Virus record (IMG/VR): IMGVR_UViG_3300010430_000004 | Location: 96,001 to 160,000 of that record | Source: a virus | Strand: one strand, 5' to 3' | Length of the DNA: 64,000 nucleotides | Part shown: in pieces, positions 30,951 through 41,165 of the stretch | How positions within the stretch are numbered: the first letter of the stretch is position 1 | How the letters are laid out: the number at the start of each line of letters is the position of its first letter | The notes under the pieces: generated by a model | Databases searched by the model: none | What the model saw: the letters and a program-made list of their open reading frames with translations, nothing else | What the model was told of the DNA's origin: nothing | Position numbers and translations under genes: made by a program

Positions 30951-31307
30951 ATGTCAGCAAATTCTAAAAGATCAAATAAATTATACAACTATTTAGTCAA
31001 CACTTTTGGTTTAAACAAAGAGACTATTCTAGAATATGTAGACAACCGTGTACAGGATCTATTGCCAAAGCATATAGACAATAAAATAAACTCTTCAAAA
31101 ATGGAATATATGATACTTGGCACTGTATCTAATATTATAAATAAAGGCTTTGGCGAGCATTCTCCCTACTATGATAGGAGAGTGGCTTTTGATAAATATG
31201 TTAAAAAATGTATAAGAGAAGAAGTAATTAAAATTGTCAAAGAAACTAAGGAAATAGAAGTCAAGCTAATAGACAAAGATACTTCAACAATACGTAGGGC
31301 GGATTAA
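30951..31307 (+). CDS. hypothetical protein
   Basis: Strong SD GGAGG. Confidence 0.55.
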   Translation: MSANSKRSNKLYNYLVNTFGLNKETILEYVDNRVQDLLPKHIDNKINSSKMEYMILGTVSNIINKGFGEHSPYYDRRVAFDKYVKKCIREEVIKIVKETKEIEVKLIDKDTSTIRRAD

Positions 31308-31817
31308 TGCAACATACCCTTAAAATTAATTTAAGTTATCTTATATATAATCTAAACGCTGAAATGCTGGATACAGATTATTATATTCCATATACTGAAG
31401 AAGATGCTAAAATTGTAGATAATTTTAGTGAAGTTTTTAATAGAGCAGTTTTTCTTAAAAAGAAGAATGAAAAACGTCACGCTCTTGAGCAAACCTTTAT
31501 ACAAATGAAAGAAATGTTAAAAGAAAATGACAGTAGAGGAGCTTTTGAGCTTCTTGAAAGGTTTTCAAAATTAGGAGAAGAAAATGATTAAAGTCGGAAT
31601 GGTGCTTATGTGCATCCTTAATATAAACTATACAGAATACCCACTTAGATTAAAAAACGTACCAGTAAAAGTGTTGCACATCACCAATGACCAGAAGGCC
31701 CTTGTTAGATATGACCTTAAAACTGTATCATCGGTAGAATATAGTGGTGGACCACAGCTAGAAGTTTTTCATGTAGAAGACCTTAAGGGCGATTACATGA
31801 AGTGTAAGGGTAAATAA

Positions 31818-32585
31818 TTGAGTCGGATATGGGACAATGAAGCAGCACTAGCAAACGAACTAATCCTATGGTTAACCAAAGAGGGTTGGGTGGTTCATCA
31901 AGAAGTCCAACTTACTGGTTCTGGAAGAACAGTAGATATTGTTGCTGAAAAGGATAATAAGCTTTGGGCCATTGAATGTAAGAATACCTTTACGGAAAGT
32001 GTTCTGGATCAGTGTTATTTACATACGCCTAACTTTCATTATATCTCTTGTGCAGTTCCTGGATATCGTAGAAGCTATCGCTATTCTAGTTCACAAAAAG
32101 AAACATCTTTTGTTAAAGAGCACTTTCTAAGATGCCACGGAATAGGTCTGATTAGAGTGGGTGAAAGACAAAGAAAAAATTCACTAAACGTCCATGAAGA
32201 AATCAAGCCAGAATATCAGAGGATGTTTAAAAAGAACACAACAATGAAGCTTTTTCTTACTCGTATAAAAAAGATAAGAGCTAAGTTTCACGAATTGCAC
32301 CAGACAGCAACCGCTGGTGCCACAGGTGGACAAGTAACGGACTATAAGGTTTCCATGTACAACCTTAGAGAGTACCTTAAAGATCACGACCTCGTAGATC
32401 CTCTGGCAGTAGCCAAGATTGTAGAGCATCATTATAGAAAGCCTCACCTATTTAAGGCCGCGATATTAAGAGGCATAGACAACGGCTGGATTCCTGGCGT
32501 AGTAAAAGAAATAGTTGGTCGAAAAGCTCATATAAAATTCTTAAAAGAAGAATACAATACAGATGGTTCTCCCATAAATCCATAA
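31818..32585 (+). CDS. PD-(D/E)XK nuclease-family protein
   Basis: HQEV...RTVDIVA...WAIECK...LDQ; GIGLI. Confidence 0.65.
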   Translation: MSRIWDNEAALANELILWLTKEGWVVHQEVQLTGSGRTVDIVAEKDNKLWAIECKNTFTESVLDQCYLHTPNFHYISCAVPGYRRSYRYSSSQKETSFVKEHFLRCHGIGLIRVGERQRKNSLNVHEEIKPEYQRMFKKNTTMKLFLTRIKKIRAKFHELHQTATAGATGGQVTDYKVSMYNLREYLKDHDLVDPLAVAKIVEHHYRKPHLFKAAILRGIDNGWIPGVVKEIVGRKAHIKFLKEEYNTDGSPINP

Positions 32586-32636
32586 AATACCTATAAAATT
32601 TCCAAAAACATGATCAGTTTGTGATATTATAATACA

Positions 32637-33020
32637 ATGGATCATCTTATAACACGATCAGACAGACTTAAGAAAAAGTTAGAAGACTTAGATTTTGAAA
32701 TGTATGCTGCTAAAGCTAAAATGGATAGAGCTAGAATTAATAAAAATTACTATAAATATATGGTGATTTCTTCTGAAAAAAATCTTGCAGAATTGTCTAG
32801 GGATAACATTACAGTTAATATGAGAGAGTTTGCTAAGATACGCAAAGAGTTAGCAATGGCTCGCGAAAGGCTTGCTCACTTTCTCATGGAGTATAGTAAT
32901 CATGTACGATTTCTAGAAGCTGCTATACCTCGTTATGAAGCCATGAAAATGGAATACGACGATATTATTAACCAGTTACAGAATAGAAAAGTAATATTAC
33001 TGTTCAAGAGGAAAACGTGA
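32637..33020 (+). CDS. hypothetical coiled-coil protein (possible leaderless start)
   Basis: No SD; preceded by TGATATTAT. Confidence 0.55.
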   Translation: MDHLITRSDRLKKKLEDLDFEMYAAKAKMDRARINKNYYKYMVISSEKNLAELSRDNITVNMREFAKIRKELAMARERLAHFLMEYSNHVRFLEAAIPRYEAMKMEYDDIINQLQNRKVILLFKRKT

Positions 33021-33235
33021 AAGACGAAGAGATTAGGAAAAAAATTGAAAATGACCCTGATTACATCTATAATCCTAAGATGGGTAATTCTCTTAAAAAA
33101 ATGGTAGACAGATATCCAGATGGCATTGAGGATGAAAAGATAGCCAAAGTCCTTTGCATGGATATTGAAGAAATGAACAACATCTACGAATCTATTCTGG
33201 TTAAATTAAGAAAAGTATTAAAGGTGGAGGGCTAA
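33017..33235 (+). CDS. Stand-alone sigma region 4.2-like HTH protein
   Basis: DGIEDEKIAKVLCMDIEEMNNIYESILVKLRKVL fits the sigma4 pattern EIA..LG.....V.......L.KLR. Confidence 0.55.
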   Translation: MKDEEIRKKIENDPDYIYNPKMGNSLKKMVDRYPDGIEDEKIAKVLCMDIEEMNNIYESILVKLRKVLKVEG

Positions 33236-33742
33236 ATGGCTGGTGCAATCGCAGGAATAGCTTTGGTATTGTTTTTATTTTTAGGATTACCATTAGCTTT
33301 ATATAGAGATACTATAGATTCTCAAAGAAAAGCATTAAGAGATTTAATGAATGAGAGAAATAAAATCATTGAAAGCTCAAAGGTAGATATTCTAGTTGAG
33401 CTAAAAAAAGGAAACGATTTAACTGAATCTGTAGAATCTTATAGAGATATTTCGTACAATATATATAGCAGAAGAAGATATACAGTCTCTGCTATAGAAA
33501 GAGCTAAAAGAATTGTTAGTGGCTGGAGTGAAGCCCAGGCAGTAACTATAACTTCTAGTAATGACAGAAAAATATTCCCAATGCACAGAGTATCAAAAAT
33601 TATTATTTGTGAATCCAATGTTCTTAAATGGGAAGATGCTTACAAAGATACTGATGAATTTAAGGAAAGATTAGAAGAAATTCTAGAGAAAAAACACGCA
33701 AAGAAACTTTTCGACAAGGTATATAAAGGAAAAGTTATATGA
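33236..33742 (+). CDS. hypothetical membrane-anchored protein
   Basis: N-terminal TM helix; SD GGAGG. Confidence 0.55.
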   Translation: MAGAIAGIALVLFLFLGLPLALYRDTIDSQRKALRDLMNERNKIIESSKVDILVELKKGNDLTESVESYRDISYNIYSRRRYTVSAIERAKRIVSGWSEAQAVTITSSNDRKIFPMHRVSKIIICESNVLKWEDAYKDTDEFKERLEEILEKKHAKKLFDKVYKGKVI

Positions 33743-34368
33743 ATATATTAGTATGGGATACTGAGACTGGTGGATTAGACGCTGGAGTGCATAGTCTGCT
33801 TACTGCCTATTTTGCTATTATTGACTCTAAAACTTTTGAGGTTAAGGCCGAGCTTAATTTAAAACTAAAGCCAAATGATGGTAAGTATAATCTTACTCCA
33901 AAGGCTATGGAAATTAATGGAATTGACATTGATAAGCACGACAAGGAAGCCATCACTTATGCTGAAGGCAATAAGATTTTGGTTAAGTTTTTAAATGATA
34001 ACAAGATTAAAGGCAAACGAATTCACTATTACCCTATGGGGCAAAACATTGGCTTTGATATTGATATGATTCAGGCGTATATCCTTTCAAAAGAAGAATA
34101 CAAGAAGTGTGGAATCCATTATATTGAAATGGACACAGCAGGAATAGCCCACTTTCTAAAAGTCATTGGTATATTCCCTGATCATCTCCAGCTTAATCTG
34201 GGTAAATTAGTAGATCACCTTAACCTTCCAAAGCGTAATGCCCACGAAGCCAAAGATGACGTTTTGATGACTATTGACGTTTTTAAAGGTTTAGTAAATA
34301 TGTTCAGAGATAAAAAAGATTCTGCTTCTTCTCTAAAAACTAAGCTTATTTTAGGAAGCATTGAATAG
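33739..34368 (+). CDS. DnaQ-like DEDDh 3'-5' exonuclease
   Basis: WDTETGG, QNIGFD, MDT, HEAKDD. Confidence 0.85.
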   Translation: MNILVWDTETGGLDAGVHSLLTAYFAIIDSKTFEVKAELNLKLKPNDGKYNLTPKAMEINGIDIDKHDKEAITYAEGNKILVKFLNDNKIKGKRIHYYPMGQNIGFDIDMIQAYILSKEEYKKCGIHYIEMDTAGIAHFLKVIGIFPDHLQLNLGKLVDHLNLPKRNAHEAKDDVLMTIDVFKGLVNMFRDKKDSASSLKTKLILGSIE

Positions 34369-34378
34369 TAAAAAAGAC

Positions 34379-34407
34379 TAGCTTTCTTCGATAATTCATG
34401 TTATATT
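34379..34407 (+). promoter_or_regulatory. Early sigma70-type promoter (TAGCTT-N17-TATATT)
   Basis: Conserved repeated motif. Confidence 0.75.
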
Positions 34408-34424
34408 AAAACAAAGGAGAAATT

Positions 34425-34772
34425 ATGACACTATTCGATCTTGAACGCGAACATATATTAAATACCCTAGTTACTACTGGGTGGAGAATGGAAGAAACTG
34501 CCAATTCTTTAGGCGTAAGTACTTCAACTCTAAAAGCAAAATTAAAAATACACAATATTCCATATACAGATGAAGAAAAATGCAAGACAATTATAGCTGG
34601 CATTAATAGAATGAAATTGAGTGCCATTCGAGTATTTTTAAGTTCTATGAATACTAAAACTCTCAGAGAAGTTTTGGAATTTGCTGAGTCAAATTATGAC
34701 AACAGAACGTATTGTACCTTTTTTAAACACAAACCATTTTTATTGTTAGTAGATGAGTTGAAGGCTAGATAA
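34425..34772 (+). CDS. Fis-family HTH protein
   Basis: LFDLEREHILNTL...W..EETANSLGVSTSTLKAKLK. Confidence 0.75.
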   Translation: MTLFDLEREHILNTLVTTGWRMEETANSLGVSTSTLKAKLKIHNIPYTDEEKCKTIIAGINRMKLSAIRVFLSSMNTKTLREVLEFAESNYDNRTYCTFFKHKPFLLLVDELKAR

Positions 34773-35209
34773 TGTTTTTAGTATATTTAGTGTTTCTTCA
34801 TTTTATTGCAGACTTTATTCTTCAAAGCAGAGAAATGGGTCAAAAGAAAAGCAAAGAGCTTAAATGGTGGAGCTTGCACGTAGGTATCCAATTTTTAGTT
34901 TTTCTTTTCGGAATATGGATATTTAAAGGCCCAGATTATGCTCTAGTATTTGCTCTATGGAACGCTCTCTTTCATGGAATGGTAGACGCTGTTATTTGGA
35001 ATCTGTATGGCATTTCTGTATTTTATAGAGAATATAAAGGAAATATTCATCCTTCAGGAAGTGTAGCAGATGAAATACATAAAGAAGAGTATAAAAATAA
35101 ATTAAAGAAAAATTGGAAATACTGGGAAGATCATTTATTCTATACTACCATAGGCTTTGATCAGCTTCTTCATATCGCAACGATATTATTATTGGTGGAG
35201 AACCTATGA
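34772..35209 (+). CDS. DUF3307-like membrane protein
   Basis: HFIADFILQS...H...HGMVD...GFDQLLH with TM helices. Confidence 0.7.
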   Translation: MFLVYLVFLHFIADFILQSREMGQKKSKELKWWSLHVGIQFLVFLFGIWIFKGPDYALVFALWNALFHGMVDAVIWNLYGISVFYREYKGNIHPSGSVADEIHKEEYKNKLKKNWKYWEDHLFYTTIGFDQLLHIATILLLVENL

Positions 35210-38200
35210 GCCCTATGAAATCTTTTATTAGCCCTCACACTCATTGTGAAACATCAATGACTGGCTCTACTATTGCCAAAATGGTTAAGCGAGCAGTTGA
35301 GCTAGAGCGTAGTCATTTCTCATATACAGATCACAATACTTTTTCTGGACTATATAAGGCTTACAATGCCTCTAAAGAAAGCGGTCTAGGCTTTGTTCCA
35401 GGAGTAGAGTTGTATTTCATGGACAATCAATGTGAAACTATAGCCAATACAGATTCTCAATTTTTTAAGTACTTCAAAACTACTGTTTATTTTAAAGATC
35501 AAGAGGCTTTCCAAGCAGTAGCAAATATTACCAGAAGAGAACGTCCAACTTCAGACATTCGTGGTGAACAGCAAAAACTATATAACTGGCAGGATCTAAA
35601 AGATATTGCTGAATTGAATACAGTTTTTGCCACCTCTGATATGCAGGATCTGATTTCTAAAAATTTAATAGTTGGAAATACAAAATCTGCCCTAAATACT
35701 TACAAAAAATTAGTAAACATAGTAGGTAAGGACAGGCTATATGTTTCAATCATTGCCCACAAAGTAGATCGTACTTGGTTGCGTAAAGTCAAAGTTACTC
35801 TATTTAATGGTACTGAACTAATGCTAGATGACAATGACAAGGTAGACTCTAATAGCTTTAAAAACGTAAACCCTATGGAACTACACACCCACTCTAATAA
35901 ACACCATACCATTAAATCTATGACAATTAATGGTGTTTTTTATAACGTAAATCAAAGAGTGGAAAAGACAGAGCCAACTGAAGATTTTTATCCCATTGAT
36001 GGCGATCTTGACCTCCAGAAAAGATCAAATAAGTTTATGTATATGCTTGCTAAAAAGTTTGACCTTAAATGCTTAGTCAGTGATTATGCTTATTTTGCTG
36101 AAAAAGACGATAAAGTTGTTCAAAATATGAAGCTTGAGACTACAAAATTTGCCGCTGATTATTGTATGTTAAACAATGAAGAGGTTATTGATTACATGAC
36201 TAATGTATTAGGCATTACGATAAAAGATGCTGAAGAAATGATGGCAAATACATTATCTTTTGCTAATCAGTTTAATGATTTCAAATTAGAATATGATTAT
36301 CGATTACCTGAAGTGGGTGGAGATGCTTACCAAAAGACTCTGGAAATCATTAAGTCTACTGGTCGAGCACACTTATTAAAAGACCCAGTGTATCGTGACC
36401 GTTTAAAACATGAATTTAAAATTTTAAAAGACAATGGCATACTTGATCTTTTGCCATACTTCTTGCCTATCAGAGACGTATTAAACTATTACAAAGATCA
36501 GGGAGAATTGACTGGCCCTAGCCGTGGAAGTGCTGGTGGATGCCTTCTTATGTATCTTATGGGTATTACTCAGTTAGATCCCATTCCCTATGATTTACCG
36601 TTTGAGCGTTTCTTTTCAATGGACCGTATAGAAAACAACAACTTACCCGATGTAGATGTGGATTTGCCCCATAGAGAATTGCTGGTTGGAGATGATGGAT
36701 ATCTCACAAGGGTATATGGCAACAAATGGGCTCAAGTATCTACTAGATCTTTGCTTAAAATTAAAAGTGCGATTAAAGACGTTTCTCGTTACGTTAATGG
36801 TGGAAAAGTTACTGAAGAAGCTGAAAAAATTTCCAAAGCTTTGCCAGCTCCACCACAAGGGGTGAGTGGCCCAGACGCTGTTTTTGGTTTTGAAGATTCA
36901 TCTGGAGCACACGTTCCAGGTTTATTGGAACAATCAGATACCCTTCAAGAATACGCACTAGCAAATCCTAGAGATTGGAATATTATAACCCATGCTCTTG
37001 GGGTACCTCGTCAGATATCTCGTCACGCTTCAGCTTTTATTATAGCTGATCAAGACCTAAACGAATTAGTACCTATGATGAGCATTAAAGAAGCTAATCG
37101 AGTAACCCAATGGGAAGCTGGAGAAGTAGAAGCCGCTGGTTTAATCAAATACGACTTTCTTTGTGTATCTCAATTAAAAGATATTGGAGATTGTCTTAAA
37201 TATGTAAATGAAAAAAATAAAGACGCTTTTACTGCTGGAACTTTCACTCACAAAGATGTTGAAACTTATATATGGAACTTGCCAGTAGACCTTGAAGCCT
37301 ATGCTGCTTTTTATGAAGGCAATACCGAAACCGTTTTCCAGTGTAACACCAAGAGTATGCTTCCTTTCGTTAAGCGTATTAAGCCTAAAAATATAATGGA
37401 CCTAGCAACTATTCTAGCCCTTGTTCGTCCAGGGCCTCTAGATTTTATTGATCCTAAAACTAATAGATCAATGGCTGAAGAATATATGTGGAGAAGAGAA
37501 GGTAGATCACAACCAGACATTAAAGAGCTAGCTGAATTGTTACCAGACACTTACGGTATTATTGTATTTCAGGAAGATATTACCAAAATCGCATCTAAGC
37601 TTGCCGGATTTTCTGGACCTGACGCTGAGAATCTTAGAAAATTTATGTGTAAGAAGAAAAAGAAAGCTATGATGATGATGAAACCTGCCTTTGTTGAAGG
37701 TGCCGTTAATAACGGACATACTGAAGAAGTAGCTAACGCTATTTGGGATCAGATGGAAACTTTTGCAGCATACGGATTTTCTATCATTCACAGTGTTGGC
37801 TATGCTATGATAACCTATGCTTGCGTCTTTCTTAAGCACAACTATCCACTAGAATGGTGGGCTTCTGTTCTTTCCAATGCCAAGGATAAAGAGATCAATG
37901 AAGAACTTTGGAAGTATGTTAAAGATATGGTTGCTTCTCCTGACATTAACTTATCTAAAGAACATATAGTTATCGATTATAAAAATAACAAACTGCGTTC
38001 TAAATTATCAATGATTACTGGCCTTGGCGAAAAAGCTATCCAGCCAATTATGGAAGGTAGGCCCTACAAAGATATTAGAGACTTTGTTGATAAAGAAGTA
38101 TGTGGAATGAGCATGACAAATAAATTAGCCTATATTGGTGTGTTGGATTCTTTGTTTGATCCTAATACTCAGCCATTAGATAAGCTACAAATAATTGCTG

Positions 38201-38856
38201 ACTTGTTTGAAGAGAGAAAGTTTTATAAAAAGGTTCAGGACAAGGCTGATTCTCTTAATATAAAACTAACAAGAGAAGCTTTAAATTCTGCTGATCAACT
38301 TTATGAATTTGCTCAAGGAACTGAAGGACTTCACAGATTAGCACCTGTTAAAAAAGGCACTCTTGATCAGAAGTATTCCTTCTTATCCAGCCTAGAGGAC
38401 TTTAAACTTAAAAAGAGTATTCTGCCAAGTATGCCTATTAGTCTGATGGATGCTTTGCTTGAAATGAAAAATGACAAGATTCACGACACTAAGGATTCAA
38501 GAACAGGGTCTAGATATTGCGGCATAAACAGCAGGGGCAGAGAAACCCCAATCATAAATGGCAAACGAATGAGAATGCTTGATGAGAGAATAATAAAGAA
38601 AGACTTTTACTTTGCTGTACCTGTGTATATACATGAAGCAAAGACTTTCGATTATTCTGGTGGAAGAAAAAAAGCACTAAAAATTATAGTTGATGCTGAT
38701 GGCTATATTTCAGAAAAAGTACTCTGGCCAAACTACGAGTCTCAGGAACTGGAATATCCAGAAAATTTGAAAAAGGGAGCAACAGCTCTTATGTTCTTTT
38801 CAAAAAAAGAAGACTCGCCCTACACAAACATCAATGATATCTATGTGATAGAGTAA
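35206..38856 (+). CDS. dnaE: DNA polymerase III alpha subunit (family C)
   Basis: PHP HTH..S, TDH, GVE; RGSAGG; LPFERF; catalytic PDVDVD; RHAS; KYDFL; RPGP; TYGIIVFQE; YGFS..HS. Confidence 0.95.
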   Translation: MSPMKSFISPHTHCETSMTGSTIAKMVKRAVELERSHFSYTDHNTFSGLYKAYNASKESGLGFVPGVELYFMDNQCETIANTDSQFFKYFKTTVYFKDQEAFQAVANITRRERPTSDIRGEQQKLYNWQDLKDIAELNTVFATSDMQDLISKNLIVGNTKSALNTYKKLVNIVGKDRLYVSIIAHKVDRTWLRKVKVTLFNGTELMLDDNDKVDSNSFKNVNPMELHTHSNKHHTIKSMTINGVFYNVNQRVEKTEPTEDFYPIDGDLDLQKRSNKFMYMLAKKFDLKCLVSDYAYFAEKDDKVVQNMKLETTKFAADYCMLNNEEVIDYMTNVLGITIKDAEEMMANTLSFANQFNDFKLEYDYRLPEVGGDAYQKTLEIIKSTGRAHLLKDPVYRDRLKHEFKILKDNGILDLLPYFLPIRDVLNYYKDQGELTGPSRGSAGGCLLMYLMGITQLDPIPYDLPFERFFSMDRIENNNLPDVDVDLPHRELLVGDDGYLTRVYGNKWAQVSTRSLLKIKSAIKDVSRYVNGGKVTEEAEKISKALPAPPQGVSGPDAVFGFEDSSGAHVPGLLEQSDTLQEYALANPRDWNIITHALGVPRQISRHASAFIIADQDLNELVPMMSIKEANRVTQWEAGEVEAAGLIKYDFLCVSQLKDIGDCLKYVNEKNKDAFTAGTFTHKDVETYIWNLPVDLEAYAAFYEGNTETVFQCNTKSMLPFVKRIKPKNIMDLATILALVRPGPLDFIDPKTNRSMAEEYMWRREGRSQPDIKELAELLPDTYGIIVFQEDITKIASKLAGFSGPDAENLRKFMCKKKKKAMMMMKPAFVEGAVNNGHTEEVANAIWDQMETFAAYGFSIIHSVGYAMITYACVFLKHNYPLEWWASVLSNAKDKEINEELWKYVKDMVASPDINLSKEHIVIDYKNNKLRSKLSMITGLGEKAIQPIMEGRPYKDIRDFVDKEVCGMSMTNKLAYIGVLDSLFDPNTQPLDKLQIIADLFEERKFYKKVQDKADSLNIKLTREALNSADQLYEFAQGTEGLHRLAPVKKGTLDQKYSFLSSLEDFKLKKSILPSMPISLMDALLEMKNDKIHDTKDSRTGSRYCGINSRGRETPIINGKRMRMLDERIIKKDFYFAVPVYIHEAKTFDYSGGRKKALKIIVDADGYISEKVLWPNYESQELEYPENLKKGATALMFFSKKEDSPYTNINDIYVIE

Positions 38857-38876
38857 ATTTTACTTAAAAATTTTAT

Positions 38877-38905
38877 TAGCATTTTTCAACAATCTATGTT
38901 ATATT
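38877..38905 (+). promoter_or_regulatory. Early sigma70-type promoter (TAGCAT-N17-TATATT)
   Basis: Conserved repeated motif. Confidence 0.8.
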
Positions 38906-38924
38906 AAAAGAAATAGGAGGCTTT

Positions 38925-39089
38925 ATGCCAACACTAATTGCTAGTATTATTAATTTTTTTAAAGTACCTGTAGTATTGGGTGCTGCTATTTATCTTAAAT
39001 ATGGAATGCCCATGTTTGCTGATTACTTATTTGTAGTAGCTGGCGTTTGGATGGTTCTTGGTTTAATTAAATGGATTAGAGGAGAGTAA
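38925..39089 (+). CDS. Small 2-TM membrane protein (54 aa, below ORF-track cutoff)
   Basis: AGGAGG SD right after the promoter; hydrophobic ORF MPTLIASII... Confidence 0.55.
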   Translation: MPTLIASIINFFKVPVVLGAAIYLKYGMPMFADYLFVVAGVWMVLGLIKWIRGE

Positions 39090-39359
39090 GATGAAATATA
39101 ATAAAGTAAAAATGAATGAATACTGTAGCTACCACAGCAAGACTATTACCTATACTAACGATAAAGGTCGTAGAATACAAGAAGAAAGCGTGGTAATTAA
39201 ATGTGACCCTTGCAAACACGCTGATGCGATTGTTAGAGCTAACGGACAAGAGTATGGCCTTAGAATGATTGCTTCTGCTGCCCATAATGCTCCAAAGGGT
39301 TCTTTTTGGAAAAACTGCCACGGCTATGCCAAGAGAAAGTATTCGGCAAAGGCTTCATA

Positions 39360-40178
39360 ATGATTGAAACACGCCGCCACAAAAAGATAGCTTTTATAAC
39401 AGATATTCATGGTTCTCAAGCAACTCTTGAAGCTTTGTTAAAAAAGATCCCAAAGGACTATACCATCGTTGGCGGTGGAGATCTTATTGATCGTGGAAAA
39501 CGTTCAAGAGAAGTTGTTCAAATGTTTATAGATAATGATTGGCCCTGTGTTATGGGCAATCACGATTTTTTTATGACTGATGAGCGTAATCCAAGATTTT
39601 GGAAAGCTCGCCATTCCTTGTGGTGGGCCAATGGTGGAAAATCTACTATCAGAAGTTATGGTGGAAAGTGGAAGATTCAAAACGATACAGATCATAGGCA
39701 AATCTTCCAAGAACACAGAGCTTGGATGAGGGCGCTTCCCATAGTGATAAAATTTCCAAATATAAAGATCAATGGTAGAGAAGTGTGGGTTTCCCATTCT
39801 CCTCTAGATAGGTCTATGGAAATAGCCATGACTTCTGAAATTCTTGAAAAAGTTTTAAAGACTTGTGACAGAGAGTACGCGCTTACTCAACCAAATTCCC
39901 CTGAAGGTTTAATTGTTCAAAATGCTTTTTGGAGACACTGGGATGATGGAATAGTAACCAAAGAAAATAAAAGACCCAAGGGTTATCCCAAGGATAATTT
40001 TCCATTCTTTAACGTAACAGGCCATACTACTCTGTTTGATGTTCATATAGATGAACACTTTGCTTGCGTAGATACTGGCTCTTATTATCCAGACGGCAAA
40101 ATGTCTGCTTTACTGTTGCCTGAAATGACGGTAATTGAGCAGGAACCTATTGAAGATACTTATCTTTACAAAAAATAA
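39360..40178 (+). CDS. Ser/Thr protein phosphatase (PrpA/lambda NinI-like)
   Basis: TDIHG, GDLIDRG, GNHD, W..NGG..T, GHT, DTG. Confidence 0.85.
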   Translation: MIETRRHKKIAFITDIHGSQATLEALLKKIPKDYTIVGGGDLIDRGKRSREVVQMFIDNDWPCVMGNHDFFMTDERNPRFWKARHSLWWANGGKSTIRSYGGKWKIQNDTDHRQIFQEHRAWMRALPIVIKFPNIKINGREVWVSHSPLDRSMEIAMTSEILEKVLKTCDREYALTQPNSPEGLIVQNAFWRHWDDGIVTKENKRPKGYPKDNFPFFNVTGHTTLFDVHIDEHFACVDTGSYYPDGKMSALLLPEMTVIEQEPIEDTYLYKK

Positions 40179-40188
40179 TAAAAAATAC

Positions 40189-40217
40189 TAGCATTTTTTT
40201 ATTTTTCATGTTATATT
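40189..40217 (+). promoter_or_regulatory. Early sigma70-type promoter (TAGCAT-N17-TATATT)
   Basis: Conserved repeated motif. Confidence 0.8.
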
Positions 40218-40235
40218 AAAATAACTGGAGGATTT

Positions 40236-41165
40236 ATGAAAAATATACTGATTCTACTTTTTATGGTTTTTATGTTGAGTCATTTCGCCAAAGCTGAGAC
40301 TATTAAAATAGCAGTCATTGACACTGGCTTTGATTTTAAATCTGAATGGGGTCCAAATAAACATGGGCTTGTTAAGCCTAAATTTTGTGTAGCAGATTCT
40401 AAAAAGGGAATTTACACTCATAGAGATTTTGTTCTAGAAGAATTAATGAGACCTGAATTTGAAGAATTGAAAGCACTGCTTAAATCTCCTAACCCAGATG
40501 GAGATAGGGTAATGGCCCTTTCTGTTGGTCACAATATCAGGAGAAGATCATTGGCTCAAGATAATCATGGACATGGCACCCACGTTGCTGGTATTATAGC
40601 TAAAGAACTAAAAGACGTAGACTATTGCATGATCATTCTTAAATATTTTGATCCCAATTCTGCTACTAACAATTTGAAAAATACCATAAAGGCTTTTAAA
40701 TATGCTGTATCTTTAAATGTAGACTATATTAATTACAGTGGTGGAGGTTTAGAATACTCTCAAGAAGAAAAAAATATTGTCATGGAGGCACTTAAAAAGG
40801 GCATAAAAGTTGTCACTGCTGCTGGTAACGAAAGAACAAATAGTGACGTTAATAAGTATTACCCTGCTCAATATGACCCTAGAATAATAAATGTGGGAAA
40901 CAGATGCATTGAGTGCGATGGTGGATATATTGAAGGAAAAGACAGATTTGGTAAGACTATAAAAATTTCAAGTAGTAGCAATTATGGAAACTCTATAGAC
41001 TATTATGAAATTGGTGAAAAAGTTATTAGCTTGTATCCAAACAATGGATACGGCCCAATGACTGGTACAAGTCAAGCAACACCCAAGGCTTTGGCTAAAG
41101 AAGTAAAAAGAGACATTCTTCGTAAAAAGATTGAATTTTACGAAAAGACAAAAAACATAATCTAA
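40236..41165 (+). CDS. Subtilisin-like S8 serine protease with signal peptide
   Basis: IAVIDTG, HGHGTHVAGII, AAGN, YPA, GTSQATP; N-terminal signal. Confidence 0.9.
   Translation: MKNILILLFMVFMLSHFAKAETIKIAVIDTGFDFKSEWGPNKHGLVKPKFCVADSKKGIYTHRDFVLEELMRPEFEELKALLKSPNPDGDRVMALSVGHNIRRRSLAQDNHGHGTHVAGIIAKELKDVDYCMIILKYFDPNSATNNLKNTIKAFKYAVSLNVDYINYSGGGLEYSQEEKNIVMEALKKGIKVVTAAGNERTNSDVNKYYPAQYDPRIINVGNRCIECDGGYIEGKDRFGKTIKISSSSNYGNSIDYYEIGEKVISLYPNNGYGPMTGTSQATPKALAKEVKRDILRKKIEFYEKTKNII

Noticed and set aside
35770-36000. Intein in DnaE (or in NrdA/RecA)
   Set aside because: Insertion is short with no Cys/Ser...His-Asn splice motifs or LAGLIDADG blocks; NrdA and RecA are of normal length
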